From: Diplonema japonicum
Taxonomy: Eukaryota > Protista > Euglenozoa: Diplonemea
Direction: 5' to 3'
Length of the DNA stretch: 64,000 nt
Assembly: GCA_964019335.1 (NCBI GenBank)
Contig: OZ025658.1
Coordinates: 757,566 to 821,565, forward strand
In this document: one piece after another, positions 52,560-64,000 of the stretch
Layout of the letters: each line of letters starts with the position of its first letter
Numbering within the stretch: position 1 is the first letter of the stretch
Position numbers and translations under genes: made by a program
The notes under the pieces: model-generated
Database searches by the model: none
What the model was told of the DNA's origin: nothing
What the model saw: only the letters and a program-made list of their open reading frames with translations

Positions 52560-53444
52560 ATGATGATGCTGCTGCGCCCCCTTGTGTGCGTGACAACGCT
52601 GTTTGCGTGTGCTCACGGGCACGGCTACGTGAAGGCTCCGGCGTCGAGGAACTACGCCTGCAAGGAAGGGGCGAACCAGAACTGCGGCGGGGTGCAGTAC
52701 GAGCCGCAGAGCGTGGAGGGAGCGGACAGGTACCCTGACAGCGGGCCTTCGGACGGAACGCTCGCGGCGGCGGGACAGGACAACTGGGCGGCCCTGAACG
52801 AGCAGTCGGCGACGAGGTGGGCGAAGACCTCGATCAGCTCCGGCCCTGTGGACTTCACGTGGCAGTTCACGGCGAACCACATCACGCGGGACTGGAGGTA
52901 CTACATCACGAAGGAGGGGTGGAACGGGGTGACCCCTCTGGGGAGGGAGACCTTGGAGAGCAGCCCCTTCTGCACGGTGGACGGGGCGATGGTGCAGCCG
53001 CCGATGGTGGTGACGCACTCGTGCACGGTCCCGACGAGGAGTGGCTACCACGTGGTCCTCGCCATCTGGGACGTCGGCGACACGGCGGCCAGCTTCTACA
53101 ACGCCATCGACCTCGACTTCAACGGGGGCAGCACGACCCCTGTCCCGACACCCCTCCCCACCCCGGCCCCGACGGGGGACGCCGCAAGCCCTGTCCCGAC
53201 ACCGGTCCCCACAGCGGCCCCTCCCGCAGGGCCCTGCAACGGCCCCGTCATCGCGGAGTGGGGAGGCTGCATCGATTCCCCTTCCTGCTGCGAGGCTCCC
53301 GCCCGCTGCTACCAACAGAACCAGTGGTACGCCCAGTGCAGGCTTCTCGTCTTCTTAAACGACGCTTCGAATTTTTTATATTTTCTTTCACGGTGGAAAC
53401 TCTCTGTGCTTCTCTTTTTTTTTTATCTCACTCCAGGTTTATAA
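52560..53444 (+). CDS. Secreted AA10 lytic polysaccharide monooxygenase (GbpA/CBP21-like) with PT linker and CBM1-like module
   Basis: Signal peptide ending AHG, then mature His1 (HGYV, codon at 52620). YEPQSVEG, FTWQFTANH (second His) and WDVGDTAASFYNAID motifs. C-terminal WGGC..CC..C.QQNQWYAQC. Confidence 0.93.
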   Translation: MMMLLRPLVCVTTLFACAHGHGYVKAPASRNYACKEGANQNCGGVQYEPQSVEGADRYPDSGPSDGTLAAAGQDNWAALNEQSATRWAKTSISSGPVDFTWQFTANHITRDWRYYITKEGWNGVTPLGRETLESSPFCTVDGAMVQPPMVVTHSCTVPTRSGYHVVLAIWDVGDTAASFYNAIDLDFNGGSTTPVPTPLPTPAPTGDAASPVPTPVPTAAPPAGPCNGPVIAEWGGCIDSPSCCEAPARCYQQNQWYAQCRLLVFLNDASNFLYFLSRWKLSVLLFFFYLTPGL

Positions 53445-53518
53445 CCCAACAAAAAAAAAAAAACAAACCTCATACCGTGTGAGGTCAACGACGAGAAAAG
53501 AAAGAAAAGAAGAAGAAG

Positions 53519-60757
<7,239 letters not shown>

Positions 60758-62842
60758 AGGAGGAGATAAACGAAAAAAATGAACAATAGAAAACAAGATG
60801 AAAAATGGATATATATGTTGAAAATAAAATAAGAAAACAAAAGGGACCAAATTTGAAACGAGAAGTTTTTTATTTTTATTTTATTTTTTTTAAATACAAA
60901 AGGGGGGATAAAAGAAAGGAAAAAGCAAAAACGGAAAAAAAAAAAAAGAAAAAAAAAAAGAACCGTAAGAATGAAAAAGGATGAAGAATTCGTTTCGTTC
61001 TTTTTTTTCCCCCTTCTTTTTTCTTTTTTGTGCCGTCTCCTCTGTCGTTCCCCCATTCGTTCCCTATTCCTCTCAATTTTTTTTATTACCCTTATTATTT
61101 TTTGCTTTTGAGGAGAGGTGGCTTTTAAAAAATCTTTTTTTGTTATTATAAAAACCAGGGGTTTTTTTAATATCTATATTATTTTATGCTTCTCTCCTCA
61201 CGCAAAAAAAACAAAACAATAAGGCTTCCTTTCGGTTGATACATACGACGCAGAAACAGGCCCTTGTGATTCTCTCTCTCTATCTCTTCTTCTTCCAAAA
61301 CCTTACTAGGAAAAGAAAAGAGAAAAAGGGAAAGGCTACGACTTGGGTTTCGTTTTTATTTTGCATTTTTTGTTGTTTACTTCTTCCTGATCTTTTCATT
61401 CCCCATGCGCTTCTACTGAAGCAGTTGGGTGCATAAGGGTCAAGGGGGTTAACGACATCACCGAAGGAAAAAATACACAAGCTTTCAACCTGGCGCTCTT
61501 ATTGAGACAACCCCCCATTTTTTCTTTTTTCTATTTGGTTCCCTTCCCTCTCTTCTCTTTTGTTTCCCTTATAGACTTGGAACGCCTTATGTTCTGTCTC
61601 GCCTTTCCCCCTTCCCCCTCATGTCACTGCTTGTTAAGAAATTGCAAGAAAAAACGAAAAAAGAAGAAGAACGGAAGAGAAAAAAGATATTAAAAAAGGG
61701 AAAGACGAAACCTCGGTCGATTCTTTCAATTAGTCCCGGGGCTTCCTCCAACCCTTTTTTTTTTTTGACACTTTCTCTTTTCATCATAAAAAGTTTCTTT
61801 TGGCAGCGATTTTTTTATTTCTCCCTCTCTCTTTTTATTTATTCATCTTTATATTGCGCGAACAATTTCTATTTTCTTTTTTTAATGACAAGAGACAAGA
61901 GTGCAACATGCCACCATCCACAGGTGTTCCACAAACGATTATTTTATTCCTTCCCTTCTTATCCCCCCCTTTTTTTTTGGGATTTTTCCCAGAATTTCCG
62001 CAATTTTCTTTTGTTACGAAACAGTCTTCGCTAGCAAAAAAAATTGCACGAAATGTACTTTTAATAATATGCACAACAAGACCATAATAATGTAAAAGAT
62101 TAAGGTGAAAAAGTAATAAAAAAAAAAGAGGAAGGGGGGAGGAATGAAAAATCGATTTTCTTTTTCAACAACTAAAAAAGATAGATGAGAACAGAGGGAC
62201 TCACAAAAGACTTCCTTAACTCATACATATATTTTATTTAATGCTGAGTATAAATAGATAGCCCCCCAACCCACCCAAGGGCGGCCCTCCATGAGGGGGT
62301 TTGTCCTGCACTTTGAGTTTTATTTTATTTTATGTGGGCTGTTGCTAACCACTTCGTTCCTATCAAAGTGAAATTTATTTTATTTTATTTCCCTATTTTC
62401 TTTCTGGGCCGGACCAAGGTCTTCGGGGCTTCAAATTTTGTTTCCTATTATTTTATTTCAGTGAGCACCCCCCCCCCCCCCCCCATGCACAGAAACTTTA
62501 TCGAATTTATTTTGCTTTCTATTCATACCAACCTGCACTCTCTATCTAACTGTCCTGTCGATTTCCCCCTTCCCCCTCCCTGTTTGTTTCTCTTTTCTTC
62601 TTATCCCTCCCCCCCGTTTATGAACGATTTGAAAGGTAATTTTGTTTTCCCCGTGTTTAGCTGTTTTTTATTGTTGTCCCCTGTAGGGGGGTACAGTTTT
62701 TACACGAAGGACACCCATCTTCTCTTCGTCTTCCTCTTCCTCTCCTTCTCTACCTCTCTTTTTATTCTTTTTTTTTTTTTTTGCTAAAAAATAAAGTAAT
62801 TCTCGTTCAGGCAAAACCAGCAAAAAAATAAAAATAAATACA

Positions 62843-63080
62843 ATGTCCCCTCTCGTTCCCCGCGTTGCGGTGTTGCTAGGTGTGCTTGCCTGGGCGGAGG
62901 CGCGGAATAACTTCCGGAAGGGAGAGGACTGAGGAGATGGTTCTTGCAAGGCCGCGAGTCGCTGAATATTCCGCTGGAAGTGGCTGGGATTGCTGGGCTC
63001 GGATACATGATGGCAGTACTTCGCAAGTTTGGAAGGTGGGTCAGACGGAGAGCGCCGCAGCCGCATTGTGGGTTGTGAGG
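62843..63080 (+). pseudogene. Possible degenerate small membrane-protein gene
   Basis: ATG plus signal-like MSPLVPRVAVLLGVLAWAEA, then an early stop. Another frame gives IPLEVAGIAGLGYMMAVLRKFGRWVRRR. Confidence 0.2.
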
Positions 63081-63336
63081 TGCAGAAGTCGGAAGCATAC
63101 CGCGAGTTTGGGTCCAGGATTTCCAGGACACGTACGTGTGGGTGTTCGGCGCAACCTGTTCGTTGGTTTCAAGGGTGGCGGTTTCAAGGCGTGCTCTGGT
63201 GATCAAGTTGCAGTCCAGAGGTGCAGGTACCACCCGACGTCGGGGAAGGAAGGGGTAGGGCGTGTAGGCCCAGTGGGAATGGTCAAGGACCTGATCGTGG
63301 GTGAGGGACGGAAGGAAGGTAAACCCGCACGAAATA

Positions 63337-63355
63337 AACCAATGATTCTAAAGCT
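63337..63355 (+). other. 5' half of a spliced-leader sequence (relic)
   Basis: aaccaatgattctaaagct. Confidence 0.65.
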
Positions 63356-63386
63356 CCCCCACTTTTATTTTTATCAAGTCCAAAAA

Positions 63387-63425
63387 GACCAACGATTCTA
63401 ATGCTACAGTTTCTGTACTTTATTG
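63387..63425 (+). ncRNA. Spliced-leader (mini-exon) 39-nt sequence, copy 1 (SL RNA gene/pseudogene or retrocopy)
   Basis: gaccaacgattctaatgctacagtttctgtactttattg followed by GT. The 3' half CAGTTTCTGTACTTTATTG is the conserved kinetoplastid/diplonemid SL end. Confidence 0.85.
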
Positions 63426-63470
63426 GTCGTCTGTGTTTTTGTTGGTGCTTGCCTGCGTCAGTTCGGTGTC

Positions 63471-63509
63471 CACCAACGATTCTAAAGCTACAGTTTCTGT
63501 ACTTTATTG
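63471..63509 (+). ncRNA. Spliced-leader 39-nt sequence, copy 2
   Basis: caccaacgattctaaagctacagtttctgtactttattg followed by GT. Downstream gtcgttcgtgttctgctggtgcctgcc is related to the sequence after copy 1. Confidence 0.87.
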
Positions 63510-63668
63510 GTCGTTCGTGTTCTGCTGGTGCCTGCCGCCTCTGCCTGGGTTTGCCGCTGCGTCCGTCGTCCGTCGTCGCCGTCGTCCGGGGGGGTTGTTT
63601 TGCCCGTCGGCCTGCCCGCCGCTTACCGAAAGGATCCCCTCCCCCAACACACACTTTAAAAAAAAATA

Positions 63669-63749
63669 AACGATTCTAAAGCTACAGTTTCCAACGATTC
63701 TAAAGCTACAGTTTCCAACTATTCTAAAGCTACAGTTTCTGTACTTTAT
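63669..63749 (+). repeat. Three tandem 24-bp SL-derived units, the last extending to an SL that lacks its final TG
   Basis: aacgattctaaagctacagtttc-caacgattctaaagctacagtttc-caactattctaaagctacagtttctgtactttat. Confidence 0.88.
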
Positions 63750-64000
63750 CCCGCAAACCCGCAAACCCGCAAACCCGCAAACCCGCAAACCCGCAAACCC
63801 GCAAACCCGCAAACCCGCAAACCCGCAAACCCGCAAACCCGCAAACCCGCAAACCCGCAAACCCGCAAACCCGCAAACCCGCAAACCCGCAAACCCGCAA
63901 ACCCGCAAACCCGCAAACCCGCAAACCCGCAAACCCGCAAACCCGCAAACCCGCAAACCCGCAAACCCGCAAACCCGCAAACCCGCAAACCCGCAAACCC
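63750..64000. repeat. Perfect (CCCGCAAA)n 8-bp tandem array, at least 31 units, running off the window
   Basis: Directly visible; the reverse strand reads (TTTGCGGG)n. Confidence 0.97.

Noticed and set aside
53340-53444. Hydrophobic C-terminal tail of the LPMO as a GPI or TM anchor
   Set aside because: Composition switches to T-rich UTR-like DNA right after the CBM1 Cys, and a TAA lies nearby in another frame. It may be run-on from an indel, so it cannot be supported.
63387-63749. SL repeats as a CRISPR array
   Set aside because: The repeat is the euglenozoan spliced leader; spacing is irregular, spacers are related to each other, and there are no cas genes.
63504-63996. (RVCGFAGL)n ORFs
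   Set aside because: Translation of the 8-bp satellite.
63750-64000. Ordinary right-end telomere
   Set aside because: The C-rich strand is on +, the wrong polarity for capping this end, and the unit is not TTAGGG.

Overview
Eukaryotic DNA, most likely from a diplonemid (Euglenozoa): it carries 39-nt spliced-leader (SL) sequences of the form xACCAACGATTCTAAAGCTACAGTTTCTGTACTTTATTG. GC-rich, intronless ORFs all lie on the + strand, separated by very AT-rich, homopolymer-laden spacers. In order, the window holds: a 5'-partial tyrosinase-domain protein; a small two-frame gene; a decayed pogo/DDE_1 transposase fragment between CCGG-rich repeats; and a ~38.9-kb single-exon gene split by one frameshift. 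That gene encodes a ~13,000-aa type-I surface protein with 2 C-type lectin domains, 18 vWA domains, ~32 EGF-like repeats, many Cys-Trp mini-repeats and a TM helix. Next come an LVIVD pseudogene fragment, a secreted LVIVD propeller protein, a GbpA-like AA10 LPMO fused to a CBM1-like module, and a 2412-aa secreted protein ending in two GH18 domains that lack the catalytic Glu. At the right end, a cluster of complete and truncated SL copies runs straight into a (CCCGCAAA)n array. An unnamed Cys-rich domain is shared by the tyrosinase and the LVIVD protein. All family assignments come from motif recognition by eye; no searches were run.
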